Part shown: positions 29,753-40,011 of the stretch, piece after piece | Layout: every line of letters starts with the position of its first letter | How positions within the stretch are numbered: the stretch's first letter is position 1 | Assembly (NCBI GenBank): GCA_004764695.1 | Contig: SMSO01000032.1 | Location: 5,302,483 to 5,366,482, forward strand | DNA length: 64,000 nt | Origin: Schizochytrium sp. TIO01 | Taxonomy: Eukaryota; Protista; Bigyra: Labyrinthulomycetes | Reading direction: 5' to 3' | Notes under the pieces: generated by a model | Database searches by the model: none | Seen by the model: only the letters and a program-made list of their open reading frames with translations | What the model was told of the DNA's origin: nothing | Program-made: the position numbers and the translations under genes

Positions 29753-30573
29753 GGCACACCGCCTCGCTTCTGCCAGATCTATGTAAGCGCTGGGTGTTCC
29801 TGATTTCGAGTTTGATGACAGCGTGGTTCTTTGGAAAAGATCAAAATGCTGAAGATGGGACGCAATCTCCAACCTATGGGTTGCTTACATCTAAATACAA
29901 GGGGACTAATTGAGGATTGCGCAGAAGACGAGGCCAATTGTAACTTTGGCCATATAAAGAGAGAATACCCTGCTAAAGACATGTTTTCCCGCTTTGCAAG
30001 TGATTCTACACAAAAGATATGATTTATGGTAGTACATCGTTGTAGGTATGTCTTACTTTGTTTTTCCCAAAAGAAAGTTCGGGTTTTACCGCTTTTCGTA
30101 TCTTGTAAAACCTATTTAGGCTCAAACTAACACTTTTTTTTAATTTCAAAAGGAAACAAAGTTCTATCCAATGTAGAGCAGGAACATGTGGCAAAACATT
30201 TAACAGCAAATGCGAATATATAGGTTGATGTGTCTACCTCCCACAGACTTAGGAATTGTAGACCAATTCAAATAGAAAGTGTTTTGTATGAGAACGAAAT
30301 AATATTGAAGAAATTAAAAAGAAAGGAACTTTGGAAGATGGACAAATGCGCTAACCAAAACAGAAGGTTTGCGAGTACCAATCTCGAGCTTACATGGTGG
30401 ACAGGAATAGAATCTAAGGAGATGCGAGAATAAAAACGTGTGCTCGCACAGTACCTGGAAAGGCTTGAATTGCCTCAATTGCAATAGCGACAGGGTGTGG
30501 CTGACAAGGGAAAGAACCTGAGTCGAAGTAACGTAGCCGTACGAGATTGCCTGTAACAGGGCACAATACCGAT

Positions 30574-32991
30574 TTAAGCCATATCTGAGCTTGAGTCAGA
30601 AACAGCTACAATATGATGCTTGGAACTTGTGGATGCCAGCTGTCGGAAACGGTTGCGACGTTGCTGAGTAAGTGCAACTTGGTCTGCGCGGATGACCTCC
30701 ATTTGCTCTTCGAGAAATTTAGCGCTGACAATGCCCTGGGTAGCAAGCTCAGTAATGTAATGGCGCTGATACTCAATGATAGCATTTGCCACCTTGATGA
30801 CGTGTACTTGCTTAACAACCTCGATATCTGACTTCTTGGCGAGTGCCAGGAGCTTTTCTGCGCGTTTACGTAAAAGACGCGACTCTTTAATCACAAAGGC
30901 CTCCTCAGCTGTGTCGATACTCACATCGTCACCAACATACTCGGCTAGTTTTGCTTCTGCATGGATGTGTGCCTCAATAAAACATGTTGCCATGTATACC
31001 ACTTCTTCACGGCGTTTGTTAGAAAATCGTGTCTGTACATAGTTGTCAAGTGTCACACAGTCTGGCAGGCATGCATCCATCAAGTCAAACATGCGTTCGA
31101 CCCAATGGCGGTACTGAAGACGCTGGAAAAGCTTCAGAGGTGAAAAATCATCTAACTTGAAAGCAACATCGTCGCTCGCAATATCGATTGAATCCAGAAG
31201 AATGACAGCAGCCTCACTTTTCTTTGGTAGCTTTCCATCATGAATCTGCTCCCAGTATTGGGCGCGGACTGCATTGAGAAACATTCCGCGAACATTCTCG
31301 AGAAGGTCTTTGTTCTTAACGTCATCAAGAGTAACCTTGCTTGGGTCAATCTCATCCTTGCTATTGCTCGCATCTTCATCATCACCTTCCTCTTCGATGG
31401 TTTTGAAGACGTCCCCAACATTGGTATTCTGCATAAGAGCGGCAACATCATGAATTGTGACATTACGGTAGGCTTCCTCCTGTCGCATGGTATGGACAAG
31501 GGCGATCGAGTTGTCCCGCACACGCTTGTTCACATATTCATGAAGAATCTCCTGGGTCTTGCTATTTTTGGTCAGACCAAGGACTCGGAGGAGAAGACTG
31601 AAGAGAAGTTGGTTGCAAGTAATTGTTAAAAACACGATGCAGCCCACAATGAAGAAAATTTTCCCAAGTGCGCGCTCGTACTCAACTCCAAAATGGATGG
31701 CGATCTCGTCTTGATATGACGTACTATCCGCTGAGTTTAATACCACAATGGCAAGTGTCATCGTCACGGCTCCACGCACACCTCCAACAATGGTAACCAG
31801 AGCTTCTTGCTTGGAGAAATTCCCTCCCAAAATTCGCTTGATTACGGGAAAGGCACACAGCACAACAAAAGAGCGCGCAAGAAAAACAAAGATGTATGCA
31901 ATTACCACATTCGCCACGTCACGTCCTGTAAGATTGCCAGCATCGCCAATAGAATAGACAGTGCCGCCAAAAATGAGGCCAGCCAGTAAAAAGATCAGGG
32001 TGGTACCAATGTATTCAATAGCTCCCCATACATTTTCCATAGTTTCGCGACTAGCGAACTTAGGCCATGCATACTTGGCAAAAATCCATGCTGCGGAAAC
32101 ACTAGCAATGATACCGTTGCTCTCAAAGTTATGTTCTGATACGAGGAACGAGAGATACGCTGTGACAATAGTGATTGCAACCTGAGCAATAATCTCGCTG
32201 CTACGCGTTGGAGAAGTACTCTGTCGAATGAGGAAGTAGCCTACGCCTCCAAAGACGATACCAACAACAGGAGCAATGAATACAAGCCTGAACACAAATT
32301 TAACAGCTTCTTTAGGCTCAAGAAGTTCTTCAGTGCCTGTCGTGACAATGTCGAGGAAGAACTTGAAAATGACAAGGACTGTCAAGTCAGCAAGGTGACT
32401 TTCAGAGCTCATGAGAAGTGTTAGACGTGCTGGTGCCCCGCAACTCTCAAGAAGAGCCACAATACTCACAGGATCGGTTGCCCCAAGAAGAATGCCAAAA
32501 AGGATGGATGCGTACCAATCAAGCTCATAGCCAAACATGAATTGTGCTACAACTCCCATGATAAGCCCAGTGATGATAACGCCTGGAACTGAGAGAATCA
32601 GTGCTGGCCAAAACGCAATTGTTTGAAATTGGTGCATATTGATGCGCATGACATCTGCAAAAATGAGACTTGGCAAAAACACTGCCATGAGTAGATAAGG
32701 GTCCATAGAAATCCACGAGTCGATGGAGTCGCTAAGTTCGCCAAGACCCTCCTCTGTTGCAGTATGTGCTACGCCCAAAATGGCGCCTTCAATGAACATG
32801 AGGGCAGTATAGGGAAATGAGGGCGCTACCTTGAGTTGCAGCCACAGGGACATCGCACCCATAAGTAAGCCAATGAACAAAAAGTATAATGGCATGTACG
32901 CTACTTCCTCTCCTCCTGCCAGTGCGCGGGGATTCATTATCATAGTCGAGTTGTCCATGGAGGCATGCTGTGTTGGACCAAATGGTGCCAT
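30574..32991 (-). CDS. CPA1 cation/H+ exchanger, SOS1/NHX7-NHX8-like
   Basis: PYT, FLPSLIF, GATDPVSIVALL, GGVRGAV. The cytosolic part resembles SOS1 (RGMFLNAVRAQYWEQ...ILLDSIDIASDD; FIEAHIHA). Confidence 0.92.
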   Translation of the reverse strand: MAPFGPTQHASMDNSTMIMNPRALAGGEEVAYMPLYFLFIGLLMGAMSLWLQLKVAPSFPYTALMFIEGAILGVAHTATEEGLGELSDSIDSWISMDPYLLMAVFLPSLIFADVMRINMHQFQTIAFWPALILSVPGVIITGLIMGVVAQFMFGYELDWYASILFGILLGATDPVSIVALLESCGAPARLTLLMSSESHLADLTVLVIFKFFLDIVTTGTEELLEPKEAVKFVFRLVFIAPVVGIVFGGVGYFLIRQSTSPTRSSEIIAQVAITIVTAYLSFLVSEHNFESNGIIASVSAAWIFAKYAWPKFASRETMENVWGAIEYIGTTLIFLLAGLIFGGTVYSIGDAGNLTGRDVANVVIAYIFVFLARSFVVLCAFPVIKRILGGNFSKQEALVTIVGGVRGAVTMTLAIVVLNSADSTSYQDEIAIHFGVEYERALGKIFFIVGCIVFLTITCNQLLFSLLLRVLGLTKNSKTQEILHEYVNKRVRDNSIALVHTMRQEEAYRNVTIHDVAALMQNTNVGDVFKTIEEEGDDEDASNSKDEIDPSKVTLDDVKNKDLLENVRGMFLNAVRAQYWEQIHDGKLPKKSEAAVILLDSIDIASDDVAFKLDDFSPLKLFQRLQYRHWVERMFDLMDACLPDCVTLDNYVQTRFSNKRREEVVYMATCFIEAHIHAEAKLAEYVGDDVSIDTAEEAFVIKESRLLRKRAEKLLALAKKSDIEVVKQVHVIKVANAIIEYQRHYITELATQGIVSAKFLEEQMEVIRADQVALTQQRRNRFRQLASTSSKHHIVAVSDSSSDMA

Positions 32992-33869
32992 AGTGATTAA
33001 TTTCAGCTTTGTTTACTGTTTTGTCGCGTCCCAAACGAAACTTTCAGAACAACAAAGGACTTGCTTTCCGCAAGCTGCACAACCTTCGCAATTCTGTCTG
33101 TTTCTTTCTTTATGGTTAGAAAGAGCTCAGACAGCCCAAAACCCACGTTGATGTAGTGCCTGCCCAGTGTCAGCAAAACGGAGTTTAGTTCCTCGTCACG
33201 GTGATCGCCGCGGCATTCAAGCTTGCACGCGCTGCACTTGCACGTGCCTAGTTATGCTGCAGCTTTGTTGAGACAACGGAGCTTGGCGTTTGGACCATGC
33301 AACTAGCTCGAAAGGCTCTTGGAGCACGTTGATTCGAGTTTGAGCACACGCTCTACCAGTTGCAAGTGCAGCTTGCGCCGCGGAAAGCCTGAGCGGGAGG
33401 GCGGGTTTTCATTTTGGCTGCTAAGAGTAGGTGCCTTTAGCAAATTACCTAAATTCGAAAACATAAAAGCTTGGCCCTGTTATTTATAAACGAAAAGTTC
33501 CAGGAGCCCTATCTACCCCACTCCTATTATTTACTATAGAAAGGCCCTAAAGGTGTGAAGCGAGAATTTCCAGCCTGAGCAAATTAGGACGAAAGATCGA
33601 TAAAGAGAAAGAAAAAAAGAAATACATTCTCAGTGTCCATGAACAACTTTGGACATGAATGAATGAATTCTTTAACGCGAGAAACGCGCGAGTGTTGGTT
33701 GGCAATGCTACCATGGTGGGTTCTGATCACTCTGGCTGTATTACAATTTGAAGTTTTCTCCGGAGACGTGAGGAATCGATTGTAAATTAGAGGGATTTAT
33801 CTATCTCTTCTCTAGGAGGGTGCTTTCCAATTTACACCCTTGTCGCCACTTCGAGGATGCAACAGCATC

Positions 33870-34770
33870 AACTAACGAACGAACGTGCATCAATCGTTGG
33901 CCTGAACAACGAGCCACTGAAGCCGCCATCGGTGACGAGGCTCGCTCGAGTTTCGAAGTCAATCTTGCTGGCTCACACCGATATCTCGCTGTGGAAGCAA
34001 GAAACAAACGCAAACATCTCTCGAGCAGCTCCTCCACGCGCTCGAAGACGCCTTTTAGTGCATCTCCATCGCCCGGCAAGTGGACCAGAGAAGGTGTCTT
34101 TGGCAGCTTGGCAAAAAGAAATCTGCAGCAGGACTGAGCTCAACGTTGGCGTTGAAGCAGAGTGTTGCAGGCCGTGCTCTCAGAGCTGAGATCGCCAACG
34201 GGCTGGCTGGATGCCGCCAACCTCGCTTTTTGCTTGCAAAGGCGTTGATCGTTCGTTCTGTCTGGCCTTTCCGAGAAGGAGTGGCCGACGCAGCTTCTGG
34301 AGGGCGCAGAACTCTCGCTTGAGCTTGTGGCGCACCTTAACGGAGGCGGGCTCGAAGACGAGGCGGAGGAATTCCGTAAGGCAGGTGGCGGCGGAGACGA
34401 ACGATTGATTTCCTTTCCTCATCAGGACCAACTGCAAGTGATTGCCAGGCTTTGGAAGCGGTGGAGGCGATGGAGGAAGCAGAGCAACACGCTTTTGTTA
34501 AGTGAGGGCTCGTGAGCCAGCGCAGCTCACTCAGCAGTGCAATGGCTATCAGTGTCAGCATGCATGATTCGTGATGACGACCATGTTGATGGCGATATCG
34601 ATGGAAAACGAATGTCTCTGGGAGGGGGTTTGGGAGAGGACTACGTGGGAGCGAGCGAGCTTGAGCGCTCACCCGCAAGAGTTGAAATCGACAGCAATAC
34701 ACGCGACTGAGGGCAGGTCTTGCCACAAGCTGGGCGTGCGCTTGAACCGGCGGAGATCGTTATGATGTTC
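33870..34770 (-). pseudogene. Probable decayed, frameshifted coding remnant of unknown family
   Basis: A GC-rich island between AT-rich flanks. Minus-strand segments have strongly C-ending codons (TTC GTC TCC GCC GCC ACC TGC...CTC CGC CTC GTC TTC GAG CCC GCC TCC) but hop between frames and contain stops. Confidence 0.45.
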
Positions 34771-35987
34771 TCCAGAAGCTCGAGAGCGAGCGAGCGAGAG
34801 TGCAGGGTAAAAACTGTTTCTGCGCAAAACACATAATATGTATACTCTACTCTACTATCCGAGCTCAAGGCAAGCGCTCGACCTGAAGGTCTGTTGAACT
34901 TACTTGCATGGGCATCTGTCAGTGAGACTGATTCAGAAACAGAAGTGAGGAGACCAGGCGCGAGGCTATTTACTCGAGGCAGGACACGAGCGCAATAATT
35001 CAGGGTTCGAGCGAGGGATTATATCTAAAAAATAACTCCTACCCACAAAATATTGTTTTTTATTAATTTTATAAGGCCTATACTACCAAAAAAACACTTT
35101 AAAACTAAAAAACAAAAACAAAAACAAAACTCCAACTATTTCGTTCCTTCATTTTGATGATGACGAATACCTTGGCCCCGTGAACTGATAACTAAAGATT
35201 CTTTATGAAGAAGGACAGCTTGAATGCGGGCGAGGAAAATATTAGGAGTAAGTATTGCGATTAAACTGTGCGCGGACCTCCGACGTTCAGCTAATCTATG
35301 GTGATATCGTAGAAGGCAACAACAGTACACACAGTTGATCTGAGTCAAACTTTTAGGTCAACCCAGGTACAACTACATACCTACCTACCTAGGTCATGGA
35401 AAGTACACCATCAAATGGGCTACCAACACTATTACCTGGTAACGAAAATTGTATAGAATCTATACAGGAGCGAGTATTGAAATCAGCTGTTAGTGTTTAG
35501 CAGGGATCATGATGCGAAAAGCAACTCCATTACGACAGAATTTACTTAAATCACGTCCAAAGCCTTTCCAGCGTAGGCTTACTTCCAAAGTGTGAATACA
35601 AAACGTGGACAGTTAGGTATGATGATGAATTTAAAAGAGGACTATCTATTACTTCACAATGTCAAGAATATGAATTCTTCCCTTTTAGCGAGGAATGTGA
35701 AGTGATGAGGAGTTCAAAAACTCGCTGCAATATATACTTCAAGACACGGGAAGGGAATCACGTGGCAAAGATCAAAATAATTAAATCATATGCAAATCCT
35801 CACCTTTATGATATTGCAACACACAGACCATCTTAAAATGTGTTGAATTATGAGTAACATAAATTTAGAGTAGTAACTGGCACAAACAGTATAGTTCAGA
35901 GATTAGCGGCTGACGTCAAAACGAGATAGAGCAATGCATTGAAGTAGGAGGAGAAATGTAAGTTTCATCGATTCGATTTACAAAGGC

Positions 35988-37244
35988 TCACTCAAAAGTA
36001 TCCCAATTGAGGAGAAACGCAGCCCCAGTCCAGTTTGCTCCATCAAATGGCGAGCCCACGGCTAAGCGCGACTCTGTGGCTGCAAGGATAGGCCCTGCCC
36101 ACACATCAGACCCCAGCTGGTAAATTTTCTGTGAAGCCCCTACTGGGTTGAAAATATAAACGGAGTCTGATTTATTTGAGGCAAAAGGTGCAGACACTAC
36201 TAACGTGTTGTCTGCCAGCAACAGCGGCTTGAAGCCAAATTTATCATTAGGAGGCATGCCGATGTGAACAGTATGGTCTAGTTTGAGAGTCTCGTTGGTT
36301 GTTGAGTTGTACACAAATACTTGCCCTTGGTCTTTCCGCCAAGCATTAAAATCTACACCACTCACCGCAACTCGAGCATGGTTGATCCCCAGCGTACCTC
36401 CGAAGCGCAATGCGTTGGCCTCAGATGGATTCAACAATACAGATGACTCATGAAACACATCTTTTTTAGCAGACGAGCGCCTAAAGACCACCACTGCACC
36501 ATTGCCAGGTTGGCGTGCTGGATCACCAACAACAACAATATTATCATTCGGTCCCACGACTACATCCTGGTCGCTATGAAGAATTGGTTGTGAGGGCTTC
36601 AGTCTTCCCATTTGCACTAAGTTGCCATTGGAGAATTCATATGTGCGAACAACAAATTCATCATTGAGCACTGATGCGACTGCAAGCACGTTTTCACCAA
36701 CTGCAAGTGAAGAGCCGAAGAAAGATTCTGACGCGTTCGAAGGACCCAAGGTCCAGGCAAGGTCCCAAAGTCCTGTGGCATTACGTTCAAAGATAAATAC
36801 CGCAGACGATGAGCCTCGTGAATCCCCTGGTGCTCCAACTACAATCCGCGAGCTTGAAGTAAACTGGCTCATCGCAAGGGTTCTTCCAAAGTCCCATGCT
36901 TGGCCTTGGGAGTCTAAAGTTTGGACATACCGCCACAACGCATCGGGATGGTCATCCTGTCGTTCAAAAATATATACCTGGCCATTATCCTGAAACGAGC
37001 CAATTGCGAGTACCGCCCCACTCATTGCCACGGCTCGTCCAAAAAGACCGTTGCGCTTTGGAAGCGGAGGTTCCACTCTTGAGATCGTCGCATGGGCGTT
37101 GAGGCGACTGTCGCGGGGAATTTCAAAGCTAAGATCTATCGCTTGAGTGAAGTCAAGCTCATCGTAAGATAAGGCAACTACGCTATGCACGGCCAAGCTT
37201 ATGGCCAGTAGAAGCTTCATCCATTGTCGAACAAGTGCTCGCAT
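35988..37244 (-). CDS. Secreted FG-GAP (integrin-alpha-like beta-propeller) repeat protein
   Basis: Signal peptide MKLLLAISLAVHSVVA (possible start 37220). Repeats LFGRAVAM...GQVYIFER, DFGRTLAM...IVVGAPG...AVFIFER, FFGSSLAV, RFGGTLGI, KFG...LVVSAP, LAVGSP...GAAFL. No TM anchor. Confidence 0.85.
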   Translation of the reverse strand: MRALVRQWMKLLLAISLAVHSVVALSYDELDFTQAIDLSFEIPRDSRLNAHATISRVEPPLPKRNGLFGRAVAMSGAVLAIGSFQDNGQVYIFERQDDHPDALWRYVQTLDSQGQAWDFGRTLAMSQFTSSSRIVVGAPGDSRGSSSAVFIFERNATGLWDLAWTLGPSNASESFFGSSLAVGENVLAVASVLNDEFVVRTYEFSNGNLVQMGRLKPSQPILHSDQDVVVGPNDNIVVVGDPARQPGNGAVVVFRRSSAKKDVFHESSVLLNPSEANALRFGGTLGINHARVAVSGVDFNAWRKDQGQVFVYNSTTNETLKLDHTVHIGMPPNDKFGFKPLLLADNTLVVSAPFASNKSDSVYIFNPVGASQKIYQLGSDVWAGPILAATESRLAVGSPFDGANWTGAAFLLNWDTFE

Positions 37245-38811
37245 GTCTTAGGTGCTCCACTTCGTTATCATATGTTCGAGTTTTGCTCTTCCTTTTCTTT
37301 TAGCCGTAGTACTAAAACTTTTTGCAAAATCTAGGACATCATGATCAATATCTTTCTTTGTTTGGCTTTAAATTTTAGTTTTTGGTTGTTGTAATATCTT
37401 ATGAGTTCAAGATTGAACCTTTGAGATTTATGAGACATGGTCTCCAAGGCAAAGTGACGAAGCAGGATGAATCAGTAGCTAGAGGATGTGATGATTCAAT
37501 TGGCAAAATCCAAAGTTTGCATTTCTTTTTTGTTTACTGAGATAATAGTGAGATCTCAAGGTTTGTAAGACTTGAAAAAGCTTAGAGATATAGCTGCGCT
37601 CTAGTACGAGGTAGGTTGCGTGAGCAGGGAAGACTCCAAGTAAGCATGAGGGACACGGCAGCTATGTGCGAGCCAACTTTCACATAATTAATTCACCAAA
37701 CACAGAGCAGGTTTGTATGTTATGATGATCCGTTCAAGTTCTGACTTTCTCCTCTTTCTTTGTTCTTTTTTTATTTTTGTTTTTCAAGAATAGCCTCAGC
37801 CAGAAACTAAAATAAGCTGCGAATACGCGTTGATTAGATCTCAGGTCAACCGAAAGAATCACAAAACCATATTTCTGAACCAATAGTACTATCCTGCTTC
37901 CACGTGCAAAGATTTGGTGCAGATGCATCTAACCAAGCAGTAAATCCTGGAACAGGTCACACAGTCGAAACCACTCGTTCTACACAATACAGATTCATCT
38001 TTTCAAACCTCAGCAAAACATTATCAAGCTCCTTCTCAAATGTAGCCAACAGTTTGTATACACTCGTGGTGCACATGGAATGTAAAATGATCATCCCTAC
38101 TCCAAGTTCAGAAATACTCATAAATACCTTATTTCATACAAGACATGGCAGCTCATAATATGCCTCAAAGTATGAAACGTCTAACTTCTACCGATGATAT
38201 TTAATATCAGCACGATAACACAACTTATAGTAACTGGTAGATTATCATAGGGAAAGACTGAGGTCAGAGCGATAATGAATATGTGTGCTAATAAGAGGCC
38301 TATGAATTTAATGTTTGTAGAATGAATCAAAGTCATTCAATCATTGATAAATCGGGTAATCAACTGATCGCAAGCTTTTGGGCAAGGACCACAGCGGGGA
38401 ATCTCTGCTGCACTGGGCCTGCTTCCGCAGTTGCTTGGAGATCTTGCGCGGATATACTGACGTGTAAGCGTTGTACGCCGACTCGGGTGCCACGCAACGT
38501 CATCGCGGTCGTCTCGCTTTTTTGTCTTCACCTCCTAGTTCGTCTTGTGTTGTCGCTTCTGCTAAACTTCTTTTGCAAAGCACTCAAGCTCGCGTTGCTT
38601 TTCCTCCTGCTACCGCCACTGCCCCAGAGGCTGTGGTTATTGCAGCATTGTTTAGAAAGCAGTGCGTACAAGTCAAAATCTGGGTTGTAAAGCACTTCTC
38701 TATATTAGCACGTTATTTGTAGGCAATTGGAATTCTTAGGATCTTTGCGATCAATCCAATTGGAGTCTAAAAACGTGAGTGAAAAGATTCTACACATTTC
38801 CTGCGGGTATC

Positions 38812-39492
38812 ATGGACGACATTGCCTACGCAGATGAGGACCTCGCGAGCAATGTCCGCGAACTGGAAGAAGGGCTTGCGACCTTGAAAGGCCTCTCGGG
38901 TAATGAAAAGCTTCGCGAGGTGGTCAGACTTGAAGGTCTGGTAAAAAACATTAATGCCAGCAGAAGGCTTTATCAAATGTCACTTCGATCGCTAGAGGGA
39001 GATGCAATGAGGCCATATCAGATCAAACTTGATGTCTATGACCGCCAGGTAGAGTCTGTTAAGACAGAGCTCAAATGGGCACGAAAAGAAGCCGAGAACT
39101 CGCAGGCTCGCTCAGACTTATTTGGAGACCGAGCCGAGCGCGGAGAGATGCCTCCACAGGCTCCTAATATTGGACGCGATGAAATGCTCAATGCGGCACA
39201 CGCAACACAAGACAAAACAGGTGAAGCCCTCGGTCGCATTAAACGGACCGCAGGTGAAATGAACGAAACTGCGGATAACATCACCGAGAGGCTAGCTCAG
39301 CAACGCGATCAACTTCACAACATTAATGAAGGATTAATTCAGGTGCAAACAGAATTGGATCTCGCAAAAGATATCATGTCTAGTTTTGTTAAACGTGTCA
39401 TGACTGACAAATTAATTGTCATCATTGTTGTGCTGATTGTACTCGGTTTCTGTGGTCTCGGAATTTACCTCGGCATTCGTGATAAGGTGTAA
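38812..39492 (+). CDS. Qb-SNARE (VTI1/NPSN-like) with a C-terminal TM anchor
   Basis: Helical N-terminal domain, SNARE motif with LAQQRDQL, then KRVMTDK followed by the TM segment LIVIIVVLIVLGFCGLGIYL. First ATG at 38812. Confidence 0.88.
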   Translation: MDDIAYADEDLASNVRELEEGLATLKGLSGNEKLREVVRLEGLVKNINASRRLYQMSLRSLEGDAMRPYQIKLDVYDRQVESVKTELKWARKEAENSQARSDLFGDRAERGEMPPQAPNIGRDEMLNAAHATQDKTGEALGRIKRTAGEMNETADNITERLAQQRDQLHNINEGLIQVQTELDLAKDIMSSFVKRVMTDKLIVIIVVLIVLGFCGLGIYLGIRDKV

Positions 39493-40011
39493 ACTTATGT
39501 AATTCGTCATCGAACACGTCTTCACATTACTAGTGAAAACAGTGCAGGGCTATTGCTTCAGCCACTCTCTTGCAAATTCACTCTTTTCACCCTAAAACGG
39601 GATAGAGTCTTGGTAAAAGTGAAACTTAAGTAGACAAGCTGAGCCTCCCTGTGCAATTTACGGTGAGGGATTTGTTATTTACTAGCTTTTCGTTGATCAA
39701 CTCACCTAGCCACATTACACAATAGAGTTTGCACAAAACAGTTCATCATAATTGCAAATCGTGCGACCTGCTGTGGAGTAACTTAACCGGCCTGCATTCA
39801 ACATAATTTTTCCCTTTTTAACCTAGCCAGTATTTTTCTTATTCTCGAGTTTCACTTGGCATTCTCGCAGTATTCTATTTTTTCATCAGTGCTAGACCAA
39901 AATCAAGAGGGAAACTAATGACATTGCTTATCTTAATTTTTTTGTTTGTTAAAAATCATTCTTCGCTTCCATCCAAAATCTAGCGGAACGAGGGTGTAAT
40001 TATATTGCATC

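Noticed and set aside
33705-33874. Signal-peptide-like MLPWWVLITLAVLQF followed by a GT..AG mini-intron
   Set aside because: The spliced frame stops after about 40 codons.
38322-38722. Overlapping short ORFs upstream of the SNARE gene
   Set aside because: No protein-like features; more likely promoter or 5'UTR.
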